Assembly (NCBI GenBank): GCA_016868575.1
Contig: VGGL01000006.1
Span: forward strand, 1-56,008
Reading direction: 5' to 3'
From: Bacteroidota bacterium
GTDB taxonomy: Bacteria > Bacteroidota > Bacteroidia > Bacteroidales > FEN-979
DNA: 56,008 bases
Shown here piece by piece: positions 11,509-22,505 of this stretch; the first letter of the stretch is position 1, and each line of letters starts with the position of its first letter. A program made the position numbers and the translations under genes. The notes beneath the pieces are model-generated. The model saw only the letters and a list, made by a program, of their open reading frames with translations, was not told where the DNA came from and ran no database searches.

Positions 11509-12826
11509 GGCCGTTTTTCTGAATAAATTCAGATCATTCCTCACCGCCCTGGGGATCATTTTCGGTGTCGCCGCTGTCATCGCTATGCTCGCCATCGGCA
11601 ATGGCGCAAGGCAGGAGATCCTCGATCAAATGAAACTGGTGGGGGTCAATAATATCATCATCGTCCCAAAATCTACAGATGACCAGAAAAGTGAGAGCGA
11701 AAACAACGGAAGCTCCTCATCAACGAATATCAGTAAAAAATTCTCCCCCGGCCTGACCCTGAAAGACGCTAACAGCATCAAATCCATGATCCCTTCAGTC
11801 CAGGATGCCAGCCCTGAGGTGATCTATGAAACCGATGTGATCAAGGACGGAATCCGGAAAACCGCCAAAATATCGGGCGTCACTCCCGATTATTTCAACA
11901 TCTTTAACCTCACCCTGCGTGAAGGAGAGATGTTTAACCAGGATCAGCTGCGAGATGGAAAACCTGTCTGTATCCTTGGTTCATCCATCAAATCAAAGCT
12001 TTTCCCATCTGAAAACCCACTTGGGAAGCACATCAAGATCGGGCATGTCTGGCTCAAAGTAGTCGGGGTGCTGGAAAAAAGAAAAGTCAATGAAGGAGCT
12101 ACCGAGAACCTGGGCATCAGCAATTACAATGAAGCCATCTTTGCCCCGGTACAAACCATCTTGCTGAGATTTAAAGACCGGTCGGTAGTGACCTCCAGCT
12201 CCCTCTCCGGCGGAAGCATGTTCGTCGGCGGTGGTTTTGCTTTCTTCAGGAGCGAATCAGGCGGAGGACTTGAATCCAACCAGGTGGATAAAATCGTCGT
12301 ACAAGTGAAAGAAACGGAGAAACTGTCTGTCACGGCTGATGTAATCAAACGGATGCTGCAGCGCAGACATGCCGGGCTGGAGGACTTTGAGATCAAGATT
12401 CCCGAATTACTCCTTAAGCAACAACAACGCACCAAAGACATCTTCAACATCGTACTTGGAGCTATCGCAGGCATTTCACTGCTGGTCGGAGGTATCGGGA
12501 TCATGAACATCATGCTGGCATCCGTGCTCGAAAGAACCAAAGAAATCGGGATCCGGCTTGCCATCGGAGCACGCAAAAAAGACATCATCACACAGTTCCT
12601 TGCGGAAGCAACCATGATCAGCCTCACCGGCGGCACCATCGGCATACTGCTCGGTATCGCCCTGGCAATGATCATTAAAGAATTGGCCGATATCCTTACC
12701 ATCGTTTCCCCCTCTTCCATCATCCTCTCCTTCTTCGTTTCTGCCACCGTCGGCATCCTTTTCGGGTTTATGCCTGCCCGCAAAGCTGCTCACCAGGATC
12801 CGGTCACTTCGCTACGTTATGAATAA
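11471..12826 (+). CDS. MacB/FtsX-like ABC transporter permease (no fused ATPase)
   Basis: Likely GTG start at 11471. RSFLTALGIIFGVAAVIAM, ISLLVGGIGIMNIMLASVLERTKEIGIRLAIGA, PARKAA..DPVTSLRYE. Confidence 0.92.
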   Translation: MERLTYIFNIALEAVFLNKFRSFLTALGIIFGVAAVIAMLAIGNGARQEILDQMKLVGVNNIIIVPKSTDDQKSESENNGSSSSTNISKKFSPGLTLKDANSIKSMIPSVQDASPEVIYETDVIKDGIRKTAKISGVTPDYFNIFNLTLREGEMFNQDQLRDGKPVCILGSSIKSKLFPSENPLGKHIKIGHVWLKVVGVLEKRKVNEGATENLGISNYNEAIFAPVQTILLRFKDRSVVTSSSLSGGSMFVGGGFAFFRSESGGGLESNQVDKIVVQVKETEKLSVTADVIKRMLQRRHAGLEDFEIKIPELLLKQQQRTKDIFNIVLGAIAGISLLVGGIGIMNIMLASVLERTKEIGIRLAIGARKKDIITQFLAEATMISLTGGTIGILLGIALAMIIKELADILTIVSPSSIILSFFVSATVGILFGFMPARKAAHQDPVTSLRYE

Positions 12827-12848
12827 CCTGACATTACACAATCTGCCC

Positions 12849-14327
12849 ATGCGACATGGTTTCTTATCCTTTCTGACCCTTGTTTTTTCCATCTTTTGGC
12901 TCACCGTCGTCCCACAAACCCGGAAGATCACCCTCCAGGAGGCTATCCTTACAGCCAAACGCCAATCACCTGATGCCCTGAATGCCCGCCATCAGTTCCG
13001 GGCAAGTTATTGGGAATTTAAAACCTTCAGAAGACAATCCCTGCCCATGCTCTCTGTCAATGCCACTGTCCCGGACTTTGAAAGGGCCATCAACAAGTAC
13101 ACCCTGCCTGATGGGAGTGAAACCTTCATCCGGCAAAGCTATGCCAACTATATCGCCAACATGTCGATCATGCAACAGATCGGCGTTACGGGGGGTAGTG
13201 TATTTGTCAGGTCTGGACTGCAAAGGCTGGACAATTTCGCTGACTCAACAGCTACATCATACCTTTCTACTCCCATTAATATTGGCTATGTGCAGCCTAT
13301 CTTTCAGTTCAACCCTTACCGGTGGGATAAAAAAATTGAACCCTTAAAATATGACCAGTCCAAAAGGATCTACCTTGAATCCGTCGAACAAGTCTGCATA
13401 CAAACCGTCAATTATTTCTTTGACCTCCTCCAGGCACAGATAGAAAAAGATATCGCCAACACCAACATGGCTAATTATGATACCTTGTTCAAGATAGCCA
13501 AAGGCCGCTTCCAGCTTGGGAAAATCGCAGAGAATGACCTTTTGTTACTGGAACTTAATTTCCTGAAAGCGCAAACTGCCGTTGAAAATGCAGATCTCGA
13601 CCTGGAAAACAAACTTTTCAGGTTTAAGTCCTATCTCCGGATTAAAGATACTGTTAGCATCGAATTGATCCCTCCTACCAACATCGATTTTATTACGATC
13701 AACCCTCAGGAAGCCATCGGCCATGCTTTTATCAACTCTTCCCTGTCGCTTGACTTTGACCGCCGGCTTCTCGAAGCAGCCAGAGACGTCAACAGGGCAA
13801 AGCTTGAGAACCGCTTCGATGCCGAACTTCAGGCTGTATTCGGACTTACACAAAGCGCACCTGATATCCCAGAGGTTTATCGCAACCCGCTCGACCAGGA
13901 ACAGATCAGCCTTGGTATCTCAATCCCCATCCTGGACTGGGGGCTGGCCAAAGGACGAATCAAAATGGCACAATCAAAGGAAGAAATTGTGAAAACTTCG
14001 GTGGAGCAGGATATCATTGACTTCAGGCAAAACATCTACCTGAAAGTAGTCCAGTTCAACATTCAGAAAAACCAGTTGATGATCGCCGCCAAGGCGGATA
14101 CGGTGGCACAGAAAACCTACGATGTGACCAAAGCCAGGTACCTGATCGGTAAGATCAACAGCATCCTCGACCTGAATAATGCGCAGATTGAAGGCGACAA
14201 TGCAAGGAAATCTTTTTTCTTTACCCTGCAAACCTATTGGAGAAGTTATTACGAAATCAGGAAAATGTGCTTATTCGACTTTTATAAGAAAGAAAAACTC
14301 ACCTTCGACTTCAAAGAGATCCTCTGA
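12849..14327 (+). CDS. TolC family outer-membrane efflux protein (alternative start 12819)
   Basis: Signal peptide, ITLQEAI..A...SP, YFDLLQAQ, RFQLGKIAENDLL, LGISIPILDWG, RYLIGK. Confidence 0.9.
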   Translation: MRHGFLSFLTLVFSIFWLTVVPQTRKITLQEAILTAKRQSPDALNARHQFRASYWEFKTFRRQSLPMLSVNATVPDFERAINKYTLPDGSETFIRQSYANYIANMSIMQQIGVTGGSVFVRSGLQRLDNFADSTATSYLSTPINIGYVQPIFQFNPYRWDKKIEPLKYDQSKRIYLESVEQVCIQTVNYFFDLLQAQIEKDIANTNMANYDTLFKIAKGRFQLGKIAENDLLLLELNFLKAQTAVENADLDLENKLFRFKSYLRIKDTVSIELIPPTNIDFITINPQEAIGHAFINSSLSLDFDRRLLEAARDVNRAKLENRFDAELQAVFGLTQSAPDIPEVYRNPLDQEQISLGISIPILDWGLAKGRIKMAQSKEEIVKTSVEQDIIDFRQNIYLKVVQFNIQKNQLMIAAKADTVAQKTYDVTKARYLIGKINSILDLNNAQIEGDNARKSFFFTLQTYWRSYYEIRKMCLFDFYKKEKLTFDFKEIL

Positions 14328-14357
14328 AATCGTTTCATTCACAAACTGCTGTGAGGT

Positions 14358-17225
14358 CTATTCTAACGGACACGAGCACATCAGATTGCGATCTCCAAAG
14401 GCATCATCAATCCGTGAAACCGTTGGCCAGTATTTGCCTTCTTTCAGACTATCCAGCGGGAATGCCGCTTTCTCCCTGGAATACGGCATGGTCCAATCAT
14501 TTGCGCCAACCATAAAAGCGGTATGCGGCGCTTTCAGGATCACATTGACTGATTTATCAGCCTTTCCAGAAGCGATTTCTTCAATCTCGGCACGGATGGC
14601 GACCATTGCCTCCACAAAACGATCGAGTTCCGACAGTGGCTCGCTTTCCGTGGGTTCAACCATCAGGGTGCCATGAACAGGAAAGGCCACCGTTGGTGCG
14701 TGGAAACCATAATCCATCAGCCGTTTGGCAATGTCGATGGCACCAATCCCTGTCTGTCTTTGAATCTCATTACAATCCAGGATCATCTCATGGGCAACCA
14801 TGCCATGCTTCCCTTTGTAAAGCACAGGATAAAAGGATTCCAGTTTGGCTTTCAGGTAATTGGCATTGAGGATGGCATAGCGTGTCGCCTCGGTCAAACC
14901 GGAACCTCCCAATAGCTTGATATACGCGTAGGAAATCGTCAGCACCATGGCACTGCCGAATGGAGACGACGCAACGGCTGAAATGGCTTTTGCCCCGCCG
15001 GTTTTCACGACCCGGTGACCCGGCAGGAAAGGTGCCAGATGGGCTGCAACCCCAATCGGTCCCACACCTGGACCTCCTCCTCCATGAGGAATACCAAAGG
15101 TCTTGTGCAGGTTCAAATGACAAACGTCAGCGCCAATGATCGCCGGATTGGTCAGACCAACCTGGGCATTCATGTTCGCGCCATCCATATACACCTGCCC
15201 GCCGGCATCATGCACGGTTTTGATGATGTCAAGAATATCTTCTTCAAACACCCCGTGGGTTGAAGGATAGGTCACCATGAGGGCAGCAAGTGTATCCCTG
15301 TATTGCGCTGCTTTGGCTTTCAGATCGGTGATGTCGATATTGCCGTTTTGATCGCATTTGACCACAACAACCGTCATCCCGGCCATCACTGAACTGGCGG
15401 GGTTGGTACCATGCGCTGAGTTCGGTATCAGACATACATTCCGGTGCCCTTCTCCCCTGCTGTAATGGTATGCCCGGATCACAAGCAATCCTGCGTACTC
15501 ACCTGCCGCACCGGAATTTGGCTGTACTGAAAAGGCAGCAAATCCGGTCACCTCACAAAGGGCTTTTTCAAGATCCCGGATCATTTCCGAATAGCCGGAG
15601 GCCTGATCGGCTGGCACAAATGGATGTATAGCTCCAAACTCAGGATAACTCAAGGCAAACAGCTCACTGGCAGCATTCAGTTTCATCGTACAGGAGCCCA
15701 GCGGGATCATGGAGCGATTCAAGGCCAGATCTTTGATCTCCAGACGTTTAATGTATCGCATCATCTTTGTTTCAGAATGAAAACTATTGAAAACAGGATG
15801 TGTCAGGAACGCCGATTTCCGTTCCAGTTCGCCGGGAATAGTCACAAGTTTTCCACATTCCACCGGATCACAAACAAACAGGTTGAAAGATTTTCCGGCT
15901 GCTTTCGCGAAAACTTCCAGAATGACATTTACATCTTCAAGTGATGTCGTTTCATCCAGACTGATACCTATTAATCGTTCATCATAATACCGGAAATTCA
16001 TGCACTTTTCAATCGCCCCTTGCCGGATCGATTCTATGGCAATGTTTTCCGGAACTTCAATGGCAAGGGTATCAAAGAAATGTTCATTTAATTGTTTATA
16101 CCCATATTTAGCCACTTCTGCAGCCAGGACACCAGTCAGAATATTGATGTGGCGTGAAAGCTTCTTGATCCCTCGCGATCCGTGATAAACGGTGTACATA
16201 CCGGCCATCACCGCAAGAAGTACCTGAGAAGTACAGATGTTGGAGGTCGCCCGTTCCCGCTTGATATGCTGCTCACGGGTCTGCAACGCCATGCGAAGGG
16301 CACGGTTCCCATTGGAATCAACAGAAACGCCAATGATACGTCCGGGCATTTGTCGCTTGTATTCATCCCGGGTAGCAAAATAAGCTGCATGCGGACCACC
16401 ATACCCCATCGGAATACCGAACCGTTGCGTAGTGCCGAGCACAATGTCAGCGCCCCATTCTCCGGGAGGAGTCAGCAGCGCGAGGCTGAGTAAATCTGCG
16501 GCGACAGCCACCATTACCTGATGCAGATGTGCCTGATCAACAAAATCCTTGTAATTTTTGACAGCGCCGCGTTCGTTCGGATATTGTATCAGGGCGCCAA
16601 AATAGCTGGAATCGAACTGGATCTCCTTCACACAACCTGTAATAACTTCAATTCCCAGCGGCTCCGCCCGGGTGATTACAACATCCCGTGTATGCGCAAA
16701 TACACCATGTGAAATAAAGAACTTATTTGCGCCGGATTTTACCGCTTCCCGGCTCCGCGAGTTAAACAACATGATCATCGCTTCCGCAGCAGCAGTCCCC
16801 TCATCCAGCAAAGAAGCATTGGCAATCGGCATGCCGGTTAAATCAGAAACCATCGTCTGGAAGTTTAACAACGCCTCCAGTCTTCCCTGTGAAATCTCTG
16901 CCTGGTATGGTGTGTAGGCCGTATACCAGCCCGGATTCTCAAGAATGTTTCTCAGAATCACGCCCGGCGTGATGGTATTGTAATACCCCATCCCGATGAA
17001 GGACTTGTAAATCTTGTTTTTTGCAGCAATCTGACGGATGTGTTTCAGATACTCATATTCATTCAATCCCGCTGGCAGGGAAAGGGGATTTGCCAATCTG
17101 ATCGATGCAGGAATGGTTTTCGAAATCAACTCCTCCATCGAAGAAACCCCGATGGTTTCCAGCATTTTTTCAACCTCTTGCCGGCAAGGTCCGTTGTGGC
17201 GGCCAATAAAATCATTTGTGATCAT
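14358..17225 (-). CDS. gcvP: Glycine dehydrogenase (decarboxylating), glycine cleavage P protein
   Basis: [34 protein letters not shown] motif [24 protein letters not shown]. Confidence 0.98.
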   Translation of the reverse strand: MITNDFIGRHNGPCRQEVEKMLETIGVSSMEELISKTIPASIRLANPLSLPAGLNEYEYLKHIRQIAAKNKIYKSFIGMGYYNTITPGVILRNILENPGWYTAYTPYQAEISQGRLEALLNFQTMVSDLTGMPIANASLLDEGTAAAEAMIMLFNSRSREAVKSGANKFFISHGVFAHTRDVVITRAEPLGIEVITGCVKEIQFDSSYFGALIQYPNERGAVKNYKDFVDQAHLHQVMVAVAADLLSLALLTPPGEWGADIVLGTTQRFGIPMGYGGPHAAYFATRDEYKRQMPGRIIGVSVDSNGNRALRMALQTREQHIKRERATSNICTSQVLLAVMAGMYTVYHGSRGIKKLSRHINILTGVLAAEVAKYGYKQLNEHFFDTLAIEVPENIAIESIRQGAIEKCMNFRYYDERLIGISLDETTSLEDVNVILEVFAKAAGKSFNLFVCDPVECGKLVTIPGELERKSAFLTHPVFNSFHSETKMMRYIKRLEIKDLALNRSMIPLGSCTMKLNAASELFALSYPEFGAIHPFVPADQASGYSEMIRDLEKALCEVTGFAAFSVQPNSGAAGEYAGLLVIRAYHYSRGEGHRNVCLIPNSAHGTNPASSVMAGMTVVVVKCDQNGNIDITDLKAKAAQYRDTLAALMVTYPSTHGVFEEDILDIIKTVHDAGGQVYMDGANMNAQVGLTNPAIIGADVCHLNLHKTFGIPHGGGGPGVGPIGVAAHLAPFLPGHRVVKTGGAKAISAVASSPFGSAMVLTISYAYIKLLGGSGLTEATRYAILNANYLKAKLESFYPVLYKGKHGMVAHEMILDCNEIQRQTGIGAIDIAKRLMDYGFHAPTVAFPVHGTLMVEPTESEPLSELDRFVEAMVAIRAEIEEIASGKADKSVNVILKAPHTAFMVGANDWTMPYSREKAAFPLDSLKEGKYWPTVSRIDDAFGDRNLMCSCPLE

Positions 17226-17281
17226 GGTAGTATGATTATCAGGTTAACAATAAACGATCTGCAAAAGTGTATTCAAAGCCA

Positions 17282-19666
17282 TCATTTGGCGGCAATCCGC
17301 ATCCCATAGAATGTTTTAACGACAAAGACCAATGCAATGATAAAGAAGACGGCTCCAATATATGGTGCGATACTTGAAAATCCTTCAGAAATCGCAATCT
17401 CCATGGCCAGAAGACCAAATAATGTGGTGAATTTAATGATGGGATTCAACGCCACAGAGGAGGTGTCTTTAAATGGATCACCCACCGTGTCTCCAACAAT
17501 GGTGGCAGCATGAAGTTCTGTCCCTTTCTCTTTCAGATCCACTTCAACAACCTTTTTTGCATTATCCCAGGCGCCTCCGGCATTCGCCATGAACACGGCC
17601 TGGAATAATCCAAATACCGCAATGGAGATCAGATAACTAATAAAGAATGAAGCAGGGTCATTCGAAGATATCGGGGCGGAAAAGAATGCAAAAGCAAGGG
17701 CAAAGGAGAAAATGGCAACGAAGATATTAAACATCCCCTTTTGGGCATATTGTGTACATATCTTCACAACTTCCTTGGAATTCTCCGTGGAGGCAGCCTG
17801 GTTGTCACCAGTATCTAAGTTGATATGCTTTTTGATATATGCTACGGCCCGATGCGCGCCGGTTGTTACAGCCTGCATGGAGGCGCCGGTAAACCAGTAT
17901 ACTACCGCACCACCACAGATAAAACCAAGAATTGTGTAAGGATTTAAGATATTCAGAATCGATTCGGGGTCAATTCCCAGTTTATCTCTGATTACCAGAA
18001 TAAGGGAAAAGATCATCGTAGTGGCACCAACAACCGCAGTTCCGATCAGCACCGGCTTGGCTGTTGCCTTGAATGTATTTCCTGCGCCATCATTGGCTTC
18101 CAGGTAATGCTTGGCTTTCTCAAAATCGGGTTTGAATCCATATTCTTGTTCGATCTCCTGAGATATCCCTTCCTGCTGCTCAATCAATGAAAGCTCATAA
18201 ATGGATTGTGCATTATCTGTAACGGGGCCATAACTGTCAACGGCTATGGTAACCGGGCCCATGCCGAGGAAGCCAAAAGCGACCAAACCAAAGGCAAATA
18301 TCGAGGGATAGATCATCAGTTCCGAAAGGCCGTTCAGACTGGCAATATAGGCAATGAACATAAGTAACAAAAAGACCATACCCTGCCAGAAAGCGCTGAA
18401 ATTACCGGCTACGAGTCCGGAAAGAATATTTAATGATGATCCGCCCTCCCGGGAAGCTGTAACTACCTCGGCTACATGCTTGGATTTCCCGCTGGTGAAA
18501 AGCTTGGTGAACTCAGGTATCAAAGCGGCACCCAAAGTTCCGCAACTGATGATGATAGATAAGATTAGCCATAGGTTACCACCCAGAACTTTTAACTGCC
18601 AATAGCTCACTGCAAATGTGACAATGATCGATAAAATAGAAGTGATCCAAACCAGAGAAGTAAGAGGCTTTTCAAAGTCCATATCATCTCTTGCACTGTA
18701 TTTCCTGATTGCCGCATATTTATTGATGTAAAACGCCACAATCGACGTCGCGATCATCAGGATCCGCATGGTAAATATCCAGGTTAGCAGTTCGGTTTGA
18801 TATTCAATGGAAGTAACCGCCAGAACGATGAAACTAATCAGAGCGACACCGGTAACACCATACGTTTCAAAACCATCCGCAGTCGGGCCGACACTGTCCC
18901 CGGCATTATCACCCGTGCAATCAGCAATGACACCGGGATTTCTGGGATCATCTTCCTTGATCTTGAAAACGATCTTCATCAGGTCTGACCCAACATCAGC
19001 GATCTTGGTAAAAATACCACCGGCAATCCTGAGGGCGCTGGCACCAAGTGATTCACCGATGGCAAATCCCACGAAACTTGCACCGGCATACTCCCTGGGC
19101 ACAAATAAAAGAATGATCAACATCATGATCAATTCCACACTCACCAGCAATACCCCAATACTCATACCTGCATCCAACGGGATATTCAATAACTTGATGG
19201 GCTTCCGTTCGAGAGAGGCAAAAGCCATCCTGCTGTTAGCCAGCGTATTCATCCGGATGCCAAACCACGCAACCCCGTACGATCCCAATATTCCAATAAT
19301 GGTCCAGGCAATGATCAACAGATTACCGAAAAACGGCATCTCCTGCAGATAACCATAGTAAAAAATGATGCATGCCGTAATAAAAAGGAATAGAATGATT
19401 AAAAACTTCCCTTGTTGAATCAGATATGTTTTACAGGTCTCGAAAATGACCTGAGCCACATCCAGCATCCGCTGATGTGCCCTGAGCTTTTTTACGACCA
19501 GAAACTGATAAATGCCAAAAGCCATCCCCCCCAAACATATCAGAAAACCAAACATCAATAATAAATTCTGATCACTTGTCAGCTCCGGGATTTTCAGATC
19601 GGCTTCTCCGGCCAATAAAATGACAGGCAACAACAACAAACAGAGAAATGTGACTACTTTTTTCAT
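17282..19666 (-). CDS. hppA: Membrane-bound ion-translocating pyrophosphatase, K+-independent, divergent type
   Basis: GGIFTKIADVGSDLMK, EDDPRNPGVIADCTGDNAGD, DSYGPVTDNA, GNTFKAT, GGAWDNAKK, GDTVGDPFKD. ATG at 19666 preferred. Confidence 0.93.
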   Translation of the reverse strand: MKKVVTFLCLLLLPVILLAGEADLKIPELTSDQNLLLMFGFLICLGGMAFGIYQFLVVKKLRAHQRMLDVAQVIFETCKTYLIQQGKFLIILFLFITACIIFYYGYLQEMPFFGNLLIIAWTIIGILGSYGVAWFGIRMNTLANSRMAFASLERKPIKLLNIPLDAGMSIGVLLVSVELIMMLIILLFVPREYAGASFVGFAIGESLGASALRIAGGIFTKIADVGSDLMKIVFKIKEDDPRNPGVIADCTGDNAGDSVGPTADGFETYGVTGVALISFIVLAVTSIEYQTELLTWIFTMRILMIATSIVAFYINKYAAIRKYSARDDMDFEKPLTSLVWITSILSIIVTFAVSYWQLKVLGGNLWLILSIIISCGTLGAALIPEFTKLFTSGKSKHVAEVVTASREGGSSLNILSGLVAGNFSAFWQGMVFLLLMFIAYIASLNGLSELMIYPSIFAFGLVAFGFLGMGPVTIAVDSYGPVTDNAQSIYELSLIEQQEGISQEIEQEYGFKPDFEKAKHYLEANDGAGNTFKATAKPVLIGTAVVGATTMIFSLILVIRDKLGIDPESILNILNPYTILGFICGGAVVYWFTGASMQAVTTGAHRAVAYIKKHINLDTGDNQAASTENSKEVVKICTQYAQKGMFNIFVAIFSFALAFAFFSAPISSNDPASFFISYLISIAVFGLFQAVFMANAGGAWDNAKKVVEVDLKEKGTELHAATIVGDTVGDPFKDTSSVALNPIIKFTTLFGLLAMEIAISEGFSSIAPYIGAVFFIIALVFVVKTFYGMRIAAK

Positions 19667-19696
19667 ATTCAACTATTTACGTTTTGAAAATTTCTC

Positions 19697-19756
19697 CAAA
19701 AATAGGAAAGATTGTCGAACCACCAAACCCTGAATGGAAGAAAAAATGTACATTTG
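19697..19756. promoter_or_regulatory. Divergent -7 promoter pair (TATTTTTG on - at 19697-19704; TACATTTG on + at 19749-19756)
   Basis: Two TAnnTTTG matches facing hppA and the DUF151 gene. The + element lies inside the ORF-track N-terminus, supporting a true start at 19791. Confidence 0.6.
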
Positions 19757-19790
19757 TGTCTACCGAACAGCTATTAAAGCCACCTGGAAA

Positions 19791-20381
19791 ATGCTTCATA
19801 AAGTTGCTTTGGACATCGTTGCCTTATCATCCAGCCAATCACAGAGCGGCGCTTACGCCCTCATCCTGGGTGAGAAAGAAGGCATCCGACGACTACCGAT
19901 TATCATCGGTGGTTTCGAAGCCCAGGCCATCGCAGTAGAGCTGGAAAAAATAAAACCCATCAGACCGCTGACCCATGACCTGTTCAAGACCTTTGCCATG
20001 ACTTTTGGCATCAACATCCGGGAAGTGATCATCAATAAATTTCAGGATGGGATCTTTTATGCCAAACTCATCTGCTGGGATGGACACATGGCCATTGAAA
20101 TCGATAGCCGTACTTCTGACGCAGTCGCTCTGGCCCTCCGGTTCGAATGCCCCATCTATACCTATGAACACATCCTGAAAGCTGCCGGTCTTACCATCGA
20201 AGAAGAAAGAGCAGCGGAAGCATCATACATGCAGGATGCGGTTGATGAGGGAGTGCCTGGAGATGATCTCAGTGCCCGTTCCATCAGTGAACTGCAGGAT
20301 ATGCTACAGGATGCCATCAATCGGGAAGATTATGAAACGGCATCCAGGATCAGAGATGAACTTAAGAATCGCAAATATTGA
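19791..20381 (+). CDS. Bifunctional nuclease family (DUF151) protein with C-terminal UvrB/C motif
   Basis: LPIIIGGFEAQAIA, RPLTHDL, DSRTSDAVALALR, C-terminal AINREDYETASRIRDEL. Confidence 0.92.
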   Translation: MLHKVALDIVALSSSQSQSGAYALILGEKEGIRRLPIIIGGFEAQAIAVELEKIKPIRPLTHDLFKTFAMTFGINIREVIINKFQDGIFYAKLICWDGHMAIEIDSRTSDAVALALRFECPIYTYEHILKAAGLTIEEERAAEASYMQDAVDEGVPGDDLSARSISELQDMLQDAINREDYETASRIRDELKNRKY

Positions 20382-20409
20382 ATAATCCTCATTTTCAAAC
20401 CTATTTACC

Positions 20410-21663
20410 ATGGGAATCAAATCTCGACTTGTCATCCTTAACTTCTTCCAATTCTTCATCTGGGGCTCATGGCTTCTGACCATTGGAGCTTACTGCGACC
20501 ATACAAAGCAATGGTCATTCACCGAATTCGGTGCCATTTTTTCAACCATGGGAATCTCCTCCCTCTTCATGCCGGCCATTGCCGGGATCATCGCTGACAG
20601 GTGGATCAATGCCGAGCGATTATATGGCATTTTCCATATTATCGGGGGAATTATACTGTTTTTCGTCCCTGCCGTTAATAATCCTGACACCATGTTCTGG
20701 ATCATGCTCCTGAACATGATGTTTTATATGCCCACGATCGCACTCGCCATAACAATTGCTTATTCCGCATTGAAAAGCAGAAACTTCGATGTGATCAAAG
20801 ATTATCCCCCCATCCGGGTATGGGGAACCATTGGTTTTATCGCGGCCCTCTGGATCGTTAGCCTTACAGGACTGGAAAAATCGGCCGGACAGTTCTATAT
20901 TGCCTCAGCCGCCTCGATCTTCCTGGGATTATATGCTTTTACCATGCCCCCGTGTCCACCCCTTAGCAGAGGCCACAAAAAATCGTTCATCGAAGAAATC
21001 GGTCTTAACGCTTTTGCCTTGTTCAAAAAAACCAAAATGGCTGTGTTTTTCATTTTTGCCATGCTGCTCGGCGCTTCTCTGCAACTGACTAACGCTTACG
21101 GAGACACCTTCATTCACGATTTCGCCAAGATCCCTGACTTCAAAGATCTGATCGCTGTCAAGTATCCCGCGATCATCATGTCTATCTCCCAGATATCCGA
21201 AACCCTCTTCATACTTACAATTCCGTTCTTCCTGAAACGCTTCGGGATCAAGAAAGTGATGCTCCTCAGCATGATCGCCTGGGTGCTCCGTTTCGCTCTC
21301 TTCGGATGGGGAGATCCCGCACAGGGACTTTGGATGATCGTCCTCTCCTGCATCATCTACGGAATGGCTTTCGATTTCTTCAATATCTCCGGATCACTCT
21401 TCGTGGAAACACAAAGTGAACCGGCTATCCGTGCCAGAGCTCAGGGTTTGTTCATGATGATGACCAATGGTTTCGGTGCATTTATCGGAAGTCGGTTGAG
21501 CGGGATCATCATCGACAAATATTTCATCAAGCCCGATGGCACTTCCGACTGGCCAGGTATCTGGTTTACCTTTGCCATCTACTCGGTCATCGTCGCCATT
21601 CTCTTTGCCATCTTCTTCCGCCACAAACACAACCCCAACGAAATACCTGCAAACCACCCCTAA
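20410..21663 (+). CDS. Nucleoside:H+ symporter (NupG/XapB family MFS permease)
   Basis: FFQFFIWGSW, YPPIRVWGTIGFI, SQISE, YGMAFDFFNISGSLFV, AQGLFMMMTNGFG. Confidence 0.92.
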   Translation: MGIKSRLVILNFFQFFIWGSWLLTIGAYCDHTKQWSFTEFGAIFSTMGISSLFMPAIAGIIADRWINAERLYGIFHIIGGIILFFVPAVNNPDTMFWIMLLNMMFYMPTIALAITIAYSALKSRNFDVIKDYPPIRVWGTIGFIAALWIVSLTGLEKSAGQFYIASAASIFLGLYAFTMPPCPPLSRGHKKSFIEEIGLNAFALFKKTKMAVFFIFAMLLGASLQLTNAYGDTFIHDFAKIPDFKDLIAVKYPAIIMSISQISETLFILTIPFFLKRFGIKKVMLLSMIAWVLRFALFGWGDPAQGLWMIVLSCIIYGMAFDFFNISGSLFVETQSEPAIRARAQGLFMMMTNGFGAFIGSRLSGIIIDKYFIKPDGTSDWPGIWFTFAIYSVIVAILFAIFFRHKHNPNEIPANHP

Positions 21664-21665
21664 CT

Positions 21666-21705
21666 TTTCACTATTTCACTATTTCACCATTTCACCATTT
21701 TCCCA
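21666..21705 (+). repeat. Tandem octamer repeat, (TTTCACYA)x4 plus one degenerate unit
   Basis: TTTCACTA TTTCACTA TTTCACCA TTTCACCA TTTTCCCA fills the spacer up to the thyA ATG. Confidence 0.85.
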
Positions 21706-22500
21706 ATGCGTCAGTACCTCGATCTCCTCTCATTTGTACTCGAAAACGGAATCCGAAAAGAAGATCGAACCGGCACCGGCACCCTCAGTGTTTTTGGTTA
21801 CCAGATGCATTTTGACCTCCAGGATGGTTTTCCGGCACTGACTACCAAAAAGCTTCACCTCCGCTCGATCATCCATGAACTGCTATGGTTTCTGAAAGGT
21901 TCTACCAACATTCATTACCTTCATGAGAACAAGGTATCCATCTGGGACGAATGGGCTGGTAAGGAAGGAGAGCTCGGACCCATCTATGGATATCAGTGGA
22001 GAAACTGGCCAAAATACAATGGAGATCATATCGACCAAATACAGGAAGTGATCCGAAGCATCACCCAAAATCCCGATTCCCGCCGCCACATTGTCAGCGC
22101 CTGGAATGTCGGACAATTGCATGAAATGGCACTCCCGCCCTGCCATTTGCTTTTCCAGTTCTATGTGGCAAATGGCAAACTATCCTGTCTGATGTACCAG
22201 CGAAGCGCTGATATCTTTCTCGGCGTTCCTTTCAATATTGCCTCCTATGCCTTGCTTACCATGATAATGGCGCAAGTGACCAACCTTCAGCCGGGAGTTT
22301 TTATTCATACCCTCGGGGATGCCCATATCTACCTCAACCACATCGAACAGGTTAAGTTGCAGCTAACCCGATCCCCTTTCCCTTTGCCTGCCATGAGGAT
22401 CAATCCTTTGGTAAAAGACATTGATCAATTCGTATTTGAAGATTTTACCCTTGAAAATTATACTGCACATCCCCATATCAAAGGAGATATCTCCGTCTGA
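21706..22500 (+). CDS. thyA: Thymidylate synthase
   Basis: [25 protein letters not shown], catalytic [25 protein letters not shown]. Confidence 0.98.
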   Translation: MRQYLDLLSFVLENGIRKEDRTGTGTLSVFGYQMHFDLQDGFPALTTKKLHLRSIIHELLWFLKGSTNIHYLHENKVSIWDEWAGKEGELGPIYGYQWRNWPKYNGDHIDQIQEVIRSITQNPDSRRHIVSAWNVGQLHEMALPPCHLLFQFYVANGKLSCLMYQRSADIFLGVPFNIASYALLTMIMAQVTNLQPGVFIHTLGDAHIYLNHIEQVKLQLTRSPFPLPAMRINPLVKDIDQFVFEDFTLENYTAHPHIKGDISV

Positions 22501-22505
22501 ATGCT

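Noticed and set aside
10663-12783. Long antisense ORFs (312 aa and 219 aa; similar ones at 31023-31775 and 53094-53969)
   Set aside because: They lie opposite well-supported genes and show no motifs; they are codon-bias shadows.
14358-14400. Short GcvP C-terminus (CSCPLE*) as a truncation
   Set aside because: The final conserved DRNLxCxC motif is present, and the tail after it is variable.
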